From an uncultured Planctomycetota bacterium (GTDB lineage Bacteria; Planctomycetota; Planctomycetia; Isosphaerales; Isosphaeraceae), in NCBI GenBank assembly GCA_963845755.1, contig CAWJTV010000025.1, positions 128,001 to 192,000 of the forward strand: DNA of 64,000 nt, written 5' to 3'. Positions 1-14,727 of this stretch are shown here, piece by piece. A program made the translations under genes and the position numbers. Below the pieces are notes generated by a model. The model saw nothing but the letters and a program-made list of their open reading frames with translations, was not told where the DNA came from and did no database searches. The number at the start of each line of letters is the position of its first letter. The first letter of the stretch is position 1.

Positions 1-1445
1 CGCCAACTCGTTGAGCAAATCCGCCACCTCCTGCACCGGGCGATCGCTCAGCTCCGGCCACAGTCGCGGCGGGACCGCCGTCATCATCCCCGGGTAGATC
101 CGCGCCACCTCGGTGACCACGGCATGATTCGACACTTCTGCGGCCATCTCCCGGCCGTGCTCCGCCCGCAGGCCGCCCTTGAGCACCGCCAGGGCGTTGC
201 CGGCCACGGCCGACATCCCGAAGCCGAACAGTGCCGCGCGCGGGTAGCCCAGCGTGGGGATCTCGCAATTCAGCAGGTCGGTCAGCACCTGGAAATGGCC
301 CTCGATCCCCCAGCGGCCCCGGTACGCGGCGCAGCAGTCGATCGCCGAGACATCCTCGGGCAGGTTGGTCACCAGGATGATCTCCGTCTCCCCCTCCCGC
401 GTCGGCTCGTCCAATTCCAGGATGATCAGCCGCAGGCGATGCGCCGCCCCGGGCGTCTCGGGATCGTCCACGAGGATCGGCTGCTCGTGGACCTTGCCGG
501 TCGGGCAGCGCCCCCGCGACTGCCGCGGCCCGGCTGGTTCGTAGGGCAACGTCGTTTGGTGCCGCCGTGCCAGGAAGGACCCGCCGGCTCGCGCGATGCG
601 GAACAAGAAGGTGCGGACGCACAAGTTGCGGTCGAGGATCCACAGCTCGCCGGCCGAGACGGGGACTTCCTTGAGCAGGTTGCGCTCCTGGGCGTGGGCG
701 TTCTCCTCCAGGATCAGATCGGTGATCAAGCCGCTGGCCGGCTCGTAGATCGCCAGCGACTTGCCGGGCAGACAGGCCGACCAGGTGGTCCGCGTCGGGG
801 TCAGGCGATGGTCGGTCCCGGCCAGGACGTTGCCGTCGAGGATGCGGGCGGCAGTAGCCGGGGATCGGCTCCGGCAGCAGGCCCCCGCCGCCTTCGATCA
901 GGGCGCGGCAGCGGATCGCCGTGTGGCGGACGACCGCGGCGGTGATGGCCGGGCTCAGGCGATTGAGCTTGCCGTAGAAGGCCGAGAGCGAGGCGATCAG
1001 TTGGAGCTGGCGCCCCAGGAACGCCGAGCGGGTGGAGGGGTTGAACCCACAGACGACGTCGAGCATGACCAACACGAGGTGCTCGAGGGTAAACTCGCGG
1101 CAGTATTCGCCCTCGGCGGACTGCTCGAAGAGGAGGTCGAAGGGGGTGCCCTGGAGGAGCCAATCCAGGGTGATACGGGTCATCACGGTGGCCGGGGACT
1201 CCTGAATGCAGGGATTGAGGATGGCCGGGAGGTCCGCGATGAGTGGAGGGGCAGGGTCGAGGAGATCCAGCCGGGCGGCGGGGCGCGGGGGTGGCACCAC
1301 CGGCTGGGAGGTCCGTCCGCAGCGCTTCGTCGGCCCATCGAGATCAATCAGCCTGGGAGACATAGGTAGCCCTCCGTGATCGGGAACGAAAACCATCCCA
1401 GCCAAAGAGGTTATAATAATTAACTCAGCATGTTGGAAGGGGTAG
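1..1445 (-). mobile_element. IS4-family insertion sequence, partial (runs off the left edge); transposase starts at 1363 with a frameshift near 855
   Basis: Manual translation of the minus strand gives RILDGN (D1), WILDRN (D2) and YRGRWGIEGHF (IS4 YREK-type motif). GGAGG RBS precedes the ATG at 1363. Candidate terminal repeat CTACCCCTTCCAACATGCTG lies at 1426-1445. The gene is absent from the ORF track because it has no stop in the window. Confidence 0.8.
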
Positions 1446-1460
1446 TTTCACCCACCCTAC
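1446..1460 (-). repeat. GTAG-type REP half-site abutting the IS end
   Basis: Reverse complement reads GTAGGGTGGGTGAAA, a typical GTAG-REP start. Confidence 0.45.
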
Positions 1461-1535
1461 AAAGGCCGGACCCCGTTCTCGGACAGTATCTTATCTCTCA
1501 TGGCGTTCCACCGTGGCGGATATACGGTCCGCGGC

Positions 1536-3041
1536 TCAAGGGGCCTCTCGTGGCGCCGCTCCGTTCGCCGGCCGTTCCCCGGACTTCCAGAGCCGGCCCT
1601 TGAGCTGTGGGAACAGGGCCAGGGCATTCTCGCGGAGGATCTGACGTCCGATCCGGACGGCGTGGACCTCGGCCAGGTCGCCCCGCGTTACCTTCTCGGC
1701 GAGCACCTCCGCGAGCACGGCGCGCGTCGTAACGGTCGCGCCATAGATCCCCTCCGCATGGTTGCAGTCGGCCCCCCAGAGGATCCGGTCCGACGGCATG
1801 ACCTCCAGCCACTCGTGGAGGGCCCGTCGGGCCATCGTCGGGCTGATCGTCGGCAGCCAGACCGAGTTCGACCCAGACGTGCCCTCCGTGCCGGAGGACG
1901 ATCGCACCCGTCTCGCCCACCCACGGGTAGCCGCCGTGGAACAGGATGAACTTCGTCTTCGGGTTGGCCTCGATCAGGTCCAGGAGCAACAGCGGATTGG
2001 ACCCCTGGAGCTTGCCATGGCCGGTGTGGATCTGGAACGGCAGGTCGTGCGTGGCGCTGAGGCCGACCAGCCGCCACATGATGAAGTCCTGAAAGTCCTT
2101 CACGTCCTGCGGAGTGAGCTCGCCCCGGGGCGCGCCGAAGACCCGCGCGGCCCGCTCCTTCGGGATCTCTTCGAACCGCAGCGTCCGCTCATAGGCCCTG
2201 GTCGTCTTGAGGCAGACGGCGCCCTTGGACTTGGCCTCGCGGAACAGCCGGTCGAGGACCGTGAGGTAGTCGTCGAGCGTCGCCGTCCCGAGGCCTTGTG
2301 CGCGTGCGAACCGGTAGGGATCGTCGGAGGGCTGCTTGAACTCGGAGGGGTGGAACCCGTCGAGGAGGGTCGTGACGTTGAAGACCAGGACCTCGAACGA
2401 GTAATGGGTGCGGAAGTCGAACCGCGCCCCAGTACGGGTCATTGAGCATCAGCTCGATGTTGGCCCGATCGGTGACGACCTGGCGGACCCAGCGATCGTC
2501 GCGGTAATTCTCGAAGACTCGGGCGTCGAGGGCCTTGGCCTGCTCGTCCGTGATCCGGTCGAAGTCGACGCCGTAGAGGTCGCGGAAGGCGGGGAGTTGG
2601 TAGCGGTAGAAGCCGGTGGCGCGGGCGTTGTCGAAGTCGTGCCGGGCGCGGGCCCACCAGGGGTCGAACGGCTCGCCGGGCTGCCGGACGGTCAGCCGGC
2701 CGACCTGTGGGTAATAGCTATTCCTCCAGAGTCCAAACAGGGTCATCCCCCGGCCGCGGTCGGTCTCCATCAAGCCGGGGAGCCTCTCGAACGGCCAGAG
2801 GTGGTCGTGCGTGTCGATGGCGGGCACGGCGTCGAGTCGCGGCCTTGAGCCGAAGGTAGGTGTCGGATCCGACGACCGACTGGCCTTGCACCGGCGCGCC
2901 ACCGCAGGCCGCGAGCCAGACCCATCCGATGAGGAGCCATCGCCATGGATTCAGGATGAGGTCACGCGATCGCGAGAAGAGTCCCTCCGCTCGCCCGATC
3001 CCCGAATGGATCCTGTTGTCCGGTTCGGCCCACATGAACAT
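1536..3041 (-). CDS. Secreted amidohydrolase-superfamily protein, split by about 3 frameshifts (~2838, ~2435, ~1868)
   Basis: Motifs AIDTHDHL, QIHTGHG, FHGGYPW and LWGADCNH occur across consecutive ORFs, after a hydrophobic signal-like N-terminus. Confidence 0.7.
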
Positions 3042-3061
3042 GGTTCCCCTACAGATGGATC

Positions 3062-6000
3062 TCACCGTCCCGGGGCGACGCCCTTCGCCGCGCCCGCGCG
3101 ATCCGCCCCCTCGTAGCCCCTGAGGATCGAACATCTGTCCGGCCTTGATCACCCGCCAGGTGGTCTGCGTGTTCCGGATATTCTCGAGCGGATTGGCCTT
3201 CAGCAACACCAGGTCGGCGAGCTTGCCGGATTCGATCGTCGCCAGGTCGTCCCCGGCACCCACGGCCTCCGCGGCGTCGGCAGTGGCCATGCGGATCGCC
3301 TCGATCGGCGAGAATCCAGCCTCGACGAAATGCTCCAGCTCCCAGTGGAGCGACGGGCCGAAGAACGTCCCCGTCATCAGGGAATCCGTCCCCGCCTGCA
3401 GCTTGACCCCGCGGGCCCCGGCCGCGCGAACTCGTGCCAGGCGCGTTTTCCAGTTGCGCGCAGCACGCTATCCGGCATCCGGCCGAAGAGCCCACCGCCC
3501 CTGGCCTCGCGGATCGACTTCTCAGGGACAAAGGTTTGGAACCTCGCGTCATCCAGGCGTTCCGGCTCGTCGCGCAACAGGAGGCCGTGGCCTCCCATGA
3601 TCGCCAACGTCGGGTCCCATCGGGTCCCCGCCCTCGCCAGCAGTTGGAGCAGATCGTCGGCGATGTTGCCCGGCCCGTGCTCCAGGACGGCGTATCCCAG
3701 GGTCACGCTCTTGACGATCTCCTCGGTGCTGAGCCCGTGCCCGACCACAGGCAGGCCCAGCCGGCGGGCCTCCTCGGCGACGACGCGCTGTAACGGCCAC
3801 GGGAGGGACGGATACACCTTGATGAAATGCGCACCCCGCTCCTTCCAGAGTCGGACGTGGGCCCGGGCATCCTCCCCGCGGGCGAGCAGGAGGAAGGCAT
3901 CGCCCCAGTTCGGCCGGGCCCCCTCGAAGATCTCGCCGCTGAAGAAGTAGCGAGGGAGGGGGTCGGCGGTCAGCTCGCCGCGATCCGAGAGGCTATTGAG
4001 CAGGTCGAGCCGGCCGCCCGTGTCCCGCACCGAGGTGATCCCGTAGGCGATGAATGCGTCGGGATTGGCCTCATGATTGGCCCAGGCGGCATGCACGTGG
4101 AGGTCGAACAACCCGGGGATCGCGTACCGGCCGACCGCATCGAGGACGACCGCCGATGGCGGGATCGCGCGGCCCGACTCGGGGCCGATCCAGCGAATCC
4201 TCCCGTCCTCGATCAGCAGGGACGTCTCGGGGCCAAATCCGCCCGCGGCGAAATCCAGCACCCGGACGCGCCGCAACAGGAGAGGCGGCGGGCGAGGCCG
4301 TCGCAGCTCGAAATGCAGAGGGACCTCCTCGCGCTCGCCGCCCGCCAACGGACGCCGCCAGACGCGGTGGCCCGCGGCGTAGATCACGGCCGAGGAGTCC
4401 GGCGTGAAGGCGAAATTCCGGCCCCCTTCCGGGCTGAATCGTCGCACTTGCTCCTCTTTGACGGGCTGCGCCCCCAGGGCGCCACCCAGATCTCCGCGTT
4501 CCGCCGGAACGCCAGCCACTTCCCATCCGCGGAGACCAACCCATCGCTCAGGTGGTCGACCAGGTCGGTGATGGCCGTCGGCTTCGCGCCCGTCTCCAGG
4601 GGCAGACGGTACAGCGTCCCGAGGCTGTCGAATCGCCCGGTGAAGTAGAGGGATCGGTCGTCGCCCGAGAACTGGGGGCGGGCCGTCCAACCCGAGGGCG
4701 CCTCGCCAAGCTTCTCCGGCGCGCCATCGCGGAGCCGGACCGCCATCAGGGCGATCGGGGAGAAGAGGGCATCGCTCTGTTGAAATACGACGCGCTCCCC
4801 ATCGCGGCTCCAGCTCGGCAGTAGCCCCCAGGAGCGATCCCCCAGAGTAGCGAGCCGGCGCCCTTGCCGGCCCGCCAGATCGTAGCTCCGGACCTGGCGT
4901 TGCCCCGAGTCGTTTTCGGCGAATGCCAGATGTTGACCGTCGGGAGAGAGAGATGGGTCGCGCCTCGACGCACCCGGTTCCAGGATTCGCTCTGCCCGCC
5001 CGTGCGGAAGCGACTGCTGCCAGAGCTCGCCGGCGGCCATGAAGACCAGGCGCCGTCCGTCCGGAGACAACTGGGGGCTCATGATGCTCCGGAGACGGAC
5101 GGGATCCTCCGGGCGAGGCGGGAGCCATTTCGGCCGGATCGGGTCCTGGACCTCCAACTTCACGCGCGCCTCGAACGCGATGGGCTGGAGTGCTCGCGTC
5201 GAGAAGGTTGCCCTGGAGAGGTGACCTTCCTGGCCCAGGTAGGCGCTATGGTTATCCGGCGCGATCACGAAAGCCACGCCTGTCCGGCCGCCCGAGAGCC
5301 CGAGGACCGGCCGGGCCTCGCCATCGGGGAGGGGCAGGAAGCGCAGTCCGCCGGCCGAGGCATAGAGACCATCACCCGCGGGACTGACGACGACACGACC
5401 CAGGTCGCCCTCGGACGCTCGCAGGGTGGCGATCTTGCCGTCCAACGTCATGCCCTCGACCCTGGATCGCGTCCGGGCCGGAAAGGGGCTTCCCGCGGAA
5501 TAGGACTGTTCAATCGCGGTCCAGGCCAGGCGACCATCGGGGAGATAGAAGACGGAGCCGACGATCCTCGGAGCGGCGACGACTTCGGGATCTCCGGCGG
5601 GTAGGGCGACCCTGCGCACTTCCCGCAGCCCACTGGCGCCGAAGAACCGCGGCAAGAGATGGGGCGGATGCTCTTCCCGGGCCAGGATGCGGCAATACGC
5701 GATGGACCGGCCTTCCGGACTCCACGCGGGCTGGCCCGCGTGGGCTTCGTGAGTCACCTGGGTGATCGTGCGTGTGGAGAGATCGAGGAGAAAAACATTG
5801 GCCGCGCTGCCGTCACGATCGGAGACGAAAGCCACGCGGCGCCCATCGGGCGAGAAGGCGGGATCGTTGTCGTAACAGGGTCCGAAGGTGAGCTGCTCGG
5901 CGGCGCCTCCTTCGATGGGAAGGCGGAACAGGTGGCCCAGGAGGCTGAAGATCAATTGCCGGCCGTCGGGCGAGACCGTGAGAGCCGGGTCCGTGACTTC

Positions 6001-6105
6001 CCTGGTCGTGATCTCGATGGTCCCGGCAACGGACGGAAACGCGCCCAGGACCGCGACCGCGAGGAATACGGCCCCCGGCGTCAACGGCCTTCGCAACCGG
6101 TACAT
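3062..6105 (-). CDS. PD40/TolB-like beta-propeller fused to an amidohydrolase domain, frameshifted (~4475, ~3440; 3' end approximate)
   Basis: Signal peptide, repeated SPDG/PAWSPEG motifs, IPGLFDLHVH, GITSVRD, AGTDS and GKLADLVLL..NPL. Confidence 0.75.
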
Positions 6106-6352
6106 GGTCGATGCCTCCGCGTCGGAATCGTGGACAGGCTCGACTGACTCTACTCACTTCCTCGCCACGGGTCCATCACCTCCCCGCGTTCCGCCTGGCT
6201 TTCGACTCACGGCCTCCCTCACCTCCCGGCTCGCCTGGTCCAGGACGCGCCCATGACTCGAGCCGCCGCTCAGGGCAAACAACGAACGCCGCCATTTCGC
6301 GGACCACGACCAACTTCGGCTCGCACTCGTCCATCCTTTTCTGACGCATGAG

Positions 6353-9697
<3,345 letters not shown>

Positions 9698-9759
9698 GGG
9701 TTATATCCTCCAGAGAGGCGTCGAAGTCCGGGGCCCTGTCAGTAATCATCCCTTTTGGC

Positions 9760-9984
9760 GACCAGCAGGAATTGGTTCACTCGCGATCCGACCGGGGCCA
9801 GATCATACCAGCCCGACGCGCCAGCGAGGGTCGTGATACCATACCAGCCCGACGCGCCGGCGAGGGTTGTGATACCATACCAGCCCGACGCGCCAGCGAG
9901 GGTCGTCGTAAGAGGGTCGTCGTTAGTAAGTAAGTCCCTGCAAGATAATGGGCAAGACCCTCGCTGGCGCGTCGGGCTGGTATG
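9760..9984. repeat. REP cluster (BIME-like): three direct copies at 36-bp period plus one inverted copy
   Basis: CATACCAGCCCGACGCGCC(A/G)GCGAGGGT at 9804, 9840 and 9876; inverted copy at 9957-9984. Confidence 0.9.
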
Positions 9985-10047
9985 GGAACAATTCGGATGA
10001 GTTTCCATGCACCTGTCGCCTTTGATTCGTCGATTGTCTTTGCTCGA

Positions 10048-13000
10048 TCAGTCATCGGCTTCCTCTTCCTCCTTATCAAAAAGTCCTCCCTGTTGCGTAC
10101 GCGGCTGGCCGCCCTCGCGGGCCAGGCGGGTGATCTCGGGCCAGCTCAGCACCAGGCCGTTGTAGGCCAGCGCTTCGGACGCCCGCTTCTTCCGCTCGCA
10201 CAAGGTGTAAAGGCGATAGCAGAGTTCGCGGGCGACCTCGGCCTTGTCGCCGAGCTTCGCGACCAGCGCGGCCGCGGCGCCTTCGCCGCCGGCTTCCAGG
10301 GAGCGAACCAGGTGATGGACGGTCTCCCACGCCGTGAGCCTCGGGTCCGTCGTTGGGTCCCAGTGGGATGCCAGCTCGTCCGCCTTGAGTAAACGCACCT
10401 TGCCGCGGCTGGAGGCTACGATGCCGGCCGCGACCAGACCGGCGACGCTGGTGTTCTTGGCCGTGGAAAGCGTCTCGGCCACCCCGTACTCGCCTTCGGC
10501 AAAGCCCGCATGATCGAACCACGCCAGCGCCCAGCGGCTATCGGCGTCGAAGTCGCCTTCCTGCTCGGCCAGCGACTCGTCGAGGGTCTGGTTAATGAGC
10601 GCGAGCGCCTCTCGCACGGAGAGGGGATTGCCTTTGGCGTCGAGTACTTTGGCGTGGCGGGAGTAGACCGCCATGCCCGGACCGATAGAAGCCTGAGCCA
10701 GGTCTACCGGGGCGATGTTGCCGCGCTGAAGGTGGGCGAGGGCCAGAGGCAGTTCAGCCTTGAGCGATGTGACGAACTCACGTCGAGTCGTGGTGGGCGC
10801 ATCGGGGGTACGCTTCCGGCAGACGAGGACGATGCTGGAGGCGAGGGCATTGGAGTCCATCCCTCTCATGCGGTTACCCAGCTCAGTACGCATCGGCCAG
10901 GTCCCGGTCGTTGCAAAACCGGCGCGGATCAACGCATCAAGGAAGGTCTCCCAGCCCGTGCTAGCGGTGCCGTCGTTATCGTCGCTCTCAGACTGCTTGA
11001 ATGCGTAGAAGATGGTGACCGGAAAGGCGGGGTGCGTCTGCTCGGAAAGGCGATTCATGGCCTTTGTCATGCCGTCAAGGAAGAACGCCTCTGCCTTCTG
11101 CTTGCCGCCGTGGCGGTAAGGCGTCGCCACTAACTCCTCTGCCTTGGGCACGGCGACGGTTGCGAAGAGTTCGGGAAAGACAGGCCTTAACGAGCGACGA
11201 AGCCAAACGTAAAAGAAGTCTGACAGGTCTGCATAACCGATGTTGTCGTAGTAAGGAGGGTCGGTGGAGACAACTTTGCCCACGCTTACATATTGCTGCT
11301 GGGCATCGGCTTGCTCACTTCTTCCTGATGCCAATGCAGAGAGTGAATTGCCGATGACCTTTGTCATCAGATCGACCTGTCGCATGAAGTTGCCGCTCGA
11401 TACCGAGAACGAATTCCCTTCTGCGAAGTCCCACGTCATCGGAAGCGCTTGTCTCCCATAGGTGGCCCGAATCTTTTCGTGTTGTGCACCATTATGCCAG
11501 GAGCAGAGGGCGGATGCGTTGTCCGAAAACTTGCCGACCGCGAGACCGAGATAGGCTGCTACCGCATCGGCGTAAGCCGTGGCCTCCGTGCCACCATCGT
11601 GGAGGGCTTTGCCATCGTCGGTCACGCCTGCTGCAAGCGCATCTCGTTTAGCCCGACTACTCGCCTCCTGCGCAAGTCGGAGAAGGTCGTAAGGGCCACG
11701 AGTTGACGTTTTGTGAACAAGTCACTCCACTTCGTCATCCCATAGTTGCCAACACGGAAACCAAGTGCTTGCTCAAAGAACTCGACATCCGGCTTCCATT
11801 CTGGTTTCGCTTCTCGTGCGACACCTTCCATCGCCGCAGTCGGCGATAAGTAGATCCGTCCCGAATGGCATTAAGTTAAGTTTAACTCCTGATCTCCAAA
11901 CGGCTTGCGTCGAGCATGTTTTCGGCGATTTTATAAGTATGTTGATATCTAGATCATTCCATGCGGCTTGGATCCAGGGTGTTTTCGCTCTGAGAATCAA
12001 ATTAACATATCTAAACTATTTCTGATTGGAGCCGGGGAGATCGACCCTAAGTGCAATTAGAATCTGTCTTTACGCTTAACTTAATGGCATTCAGATCCGT
12101 CCCCGATCTCCCTCAGCAACGATGGCCATCATTCGCACGCCGATGCGCCCAGCCTTGCCCTCGACCTTTATGTAGTCGCCAGCGATCGGTGCGCCCGACA
12201 TCAAGCAGACGAAATTCGCTTGCGCAAGCTTGGTACCGTTCTTCGTCGCCAATGCGTTCTTTGGCTTACCCCCCTTCACCGTGAATCGGTAACCTTCGCC
12301 CTCGATCACCGGCTCTACATATGCTTCCTTGCCGGGCTTGGTGCCGAGGATGAAAGTGGCGGCCAGCGGCACATCCACATGCGCGAAAGCCGGGTTCGGG
12401 CTCTTTACTGTCCGTGCCCAGAGCCAGGCAATCACGGTGAGCTTCTGGCCCACCAAGGGCTTGAGGTCTGGCCGCTCCTTCGCCATCTCGGCCGTAACCT
12501 CGACCTTGGGGTAAAGGTGTCCGATGCGCTTCTCGGCCTCGTCTCGCATCCATTGGCCGTAGTAACGCACGTCCTCGGCCAGCCCCTGCGCTCCCTTCCA
12601 CTCCTTCATGAAGAGCTGCGGATCGCGTCGCGCGTCCGGGTTCACTGGCGGCTTGCCCGCGAACCTGGGCGGGATCTCGATCATCGCCTTGTTGATCAGA
12701 ACGGCCACCGGGTTGAGGTCACTGGCGTAGCTCTCCAGCCCGAGCCGTTGCGCCTCCAGCGGAATCGACCCGCCGCCGGCAAACGGATCGTGAAAGGCGG
12801 GCAGCTTGTAACGGTCGAACAGTTCCTTCGCACGAGGATGGTCGGCGTTCTCGGCGAAGGTGTAGCGCCAGCTCTGCCAGATCTCGTCGCGAGCCGCTTG
12901 CAGGACCGTCTCGTTGGTGGTGTTCTCCCACAGCACCAGGTCTTCGATGATCCGGAACAGCCGCTGACGTTCCTCCTCCTGGGCCTTCTCGGTCGGGAAC

Positions 13001-13200
13001 AGGTCGGGATGCGCCGACGGGTCATCCACCATCTGAGCAAAGATCACCGCCCGCGCCGCCGCCAGAGGCCGCCTTGCCCACCAGAGGTGCAGCGTGCTCG
13101 GGTGCCCGTGGCGGATCGACTTTTCCCGCGCGCTGGCCTTGTTGATCGCGTCGAGCGGCAGGGCCACTTCGATGAGCTTCTTGCGGTAAGGTGGGGTCAT
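10048..13200 (-). pseudogene. DUF1156-domain adenine DNA methyltransferase, interrupted by a MITE and a 1-nt frameshift (~11672)
   Basis: [40 protein letters not shown] and TDPPYYDNI (catalytic DPPY). Removing 11863-12103 restores in-frame [18 protein letters not shown]. Confidence 0.88.
11863..12092. mobile_element. 230-bp non-autonomous IS4-type MITE
   Basis: 18-bp terminal inverted repeats GAATGGCATTAAGTTAAG / CTTAACTTAATGGCATTC (17/18 match). 11-bp direct repeat AGATCCGTCCC at 11852-11862 and 12093-12103. AT-rich interior. Confidence 0.93.
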
Positions 13201-13288
13201 GACGTCGTGCGGGCCTTTCTTTCGCTTCGTCCTGGAGACGGGTCATCTTGCCGCGGGCTGTGGAAATCCTCGGCTCCGATTGCTGGCG

Positions 13289-13362
13289 CATACCGGCCCG
13301 AACGCGCCAGCGAGGGTCCCTTGCTTGCTTGCGACATCCCGCGCTCGCGCGTCGGGCTGATG
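13289..13362. repeat. REP doublet downstream of RAYT
   Basis: CATACCGGCCCGAACGCGCCAGCGAGGGT at 13289-13317, plus a degenerate inverted copy (CGCGTCGGGCTG) ending near 13362. Confidence 0.75.
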
Positions 13363-13366
13363 TCGC

Positions 13367-13888
13367 TCAGCGCATTTCGCGGGGGAGATCTTGCCCCTCG
13401 CGCACATAATGGATGACCGCTTCCAGTCCTTCCTCATTGTTGATGTAATATCCGCTGCCGCGTTCGGTCCACCATTTCTCACGGATCCGTTGCTCGGGTG
13501 GGGGTGACGGATGAGCCGAGGCTGGGCATCTCCGCTCCTGTTCCAGGCCCTTCAGTCGCCGGGTGCACCATGCCTTGAACTGTTCACGGACGTCCTTCGG
13601 GTGCCGATCGGCGGCGACGACGACATGAACGTGATTCGAGCGACAGTTGACGGCGTAGAGAGTCCAGCCCCGAAGCCGGCAATGTTCCGTGATGGTCGTT
13701 TCGACGAGCCGGCGCTGTTCGTGATCGAGGCGACAGGCGTCCTCGGTCATCCGTGCGGCTGCTTCCCTCTCCAGGATGGGATCGGGTAGTTGCATCCCAG
13801 ACCTGTACGGGACCCACCCCCGTTCGTCACCAGGCAGCCATGTCCCATAAGTGGTCCATGTCAGGAAGTAGGCCAGCGCCTCGGGCAT
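13367..13888 (-). CDS. REP-associated tyrosine (Y1/HUH) transposase, RAYT/TnpA-REP
   Basis: 173 aa: YFLTWTTYGTWLPGDERG, HUH motif NHVHVVV, W..RG, catalytic Tyr in IHYVREGQ. Flanked by REPs on both sides. Confidence 0.85.
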   Translation of the reverse strand: MPEALAYFLTWTTYGTWLPGDERGWVPYRSGMQLPDPILEREAAARMTEDACRLDHEQRRLVETTITEHCRLRGWTLYAVNCRSNHVHVVVAADRHPKDVREQFKAWCTRRLKGLEQERRCPASAHPSPPPEQRIREKWWTERGSGYYINNEEGLEAVIHYVREGQDLPREMR

Positions 13889-14078
13889 GGGAGGCTCGCA
13901 TTCGCGGCCAGACACCTTCCGGCGACCGAAGCTCATCGTGATCTCCTCATCGTGCCTCTGCCCCCGACCAACTGCGAAAACGTTCGATTCATCCACCCTA
14001 ACAGCTCCGCCTTCGCCAGCGCGATGCCTCACCTCGCGCAATCCGGAGATGAGGGAACAGAGGAGGATTGACCGGCGG

Positions 14079-14240
14079 ACCCTCGCTGGCGCGTCGGGCT
14101 GGTATGTCGCCAGGGGACCAGCAGGAATTGGTTTACCCACGATCCGACCGGGGCGATACCAGCCCGAAGCGCCAGCGAGGGTCGTCGTAAGTCCATGCAA
14201 GATAAGGGGCAAGACCCTCGCTGGCGCGTCGGGCCGGTAT
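14079..14240. repeat. REP cluster upstream of RAYT (inverted, direct, inverted)
   Basis: Copies at 14079-14106, 14156-14182 and 14214-14240. Spacers are homologous to those in 9760-9984. Confidence 0.9.
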
Positions 14241-14727
14241 TCGCCAAAGAGCAATTCTGCCAGCGGTGTTGACAGTTTTGCCGGAGGGATGGCCAACGGT
14301 CCCGAGCGGCGAGGCGGAGATAGAATTCTCGTTCCTCATCGCGCCTGCATCGAATCATGATCGTCAGGTTGTGGCTCCACGACAATTCTCGCAACAGCGC
14401 TGCGAGTTTTGGCAGTCCGCGGCAGGTCTCGAAAAACTGCCGCATCCGCCACAGGTTGCTTGCCGAGAACCCGCTCCTCCCCGGATGACGCCGCCGGATG
14501 GTTTCGGCCAGGACTTCGACGGTCCCCTGGGCCCAGCCCTCCTCGGCGATCTTCTGGTTAATGTCCCAGTAGAGCTCGATCAGGATCGTGTTCACGGCGG
14601 CGACGGCCTTCGCCTTCGCGGCACCGATGAGGGCCAGCACCTCGTCGAACTCGGCCTGCGACGGCGACGCGGAATCGCCTCGCTGAATGGCGGTCTTGCG
14701 CGAAGGTTTCCTCGGCGCCTGGCTCAT
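14241..14727 (-). pseudogene. DUF1016/YhcG-family N-terminal domain, truncated before the PD-(D/E)xK nuclease domain
   Basis: AVN..LIELYW, GFSASNLWRMRQFF, LSWSHNL and EREFYL. Its start overlaps the helicase stop (ATGA). Homology ends at the REP cluster. Confidence 0.8.

Noticed and set aside
124..1369. Plus-strand ORFs of 273 and 202 aa
   Set aside because: They are antisense shadows of the IS4 transposase.
2718..3377. Fusion of the two amidohydrolases
   Set aside because: The second gene has its own RBS and signal peptide; a lost stop caused by an indel is more likely.
9804..9903. Three repeats at 36-bp period as a CRISPR array
   Set aside because: The spacers are only ~8 bp and near-identical, inverted copies are present, there are no cas genes, and the same motif flanks a RAYT.
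11773..12000. 75-aa ORF from inside the MITE
   Set aside because: No transposase motifs, and it is out of frame with the downstream methylase.
13889..14296. N-terminal extension of the 309-aa RAYT ORF
   Set aside because: It is translated REP sequence; RAYT homology begins at 13888.
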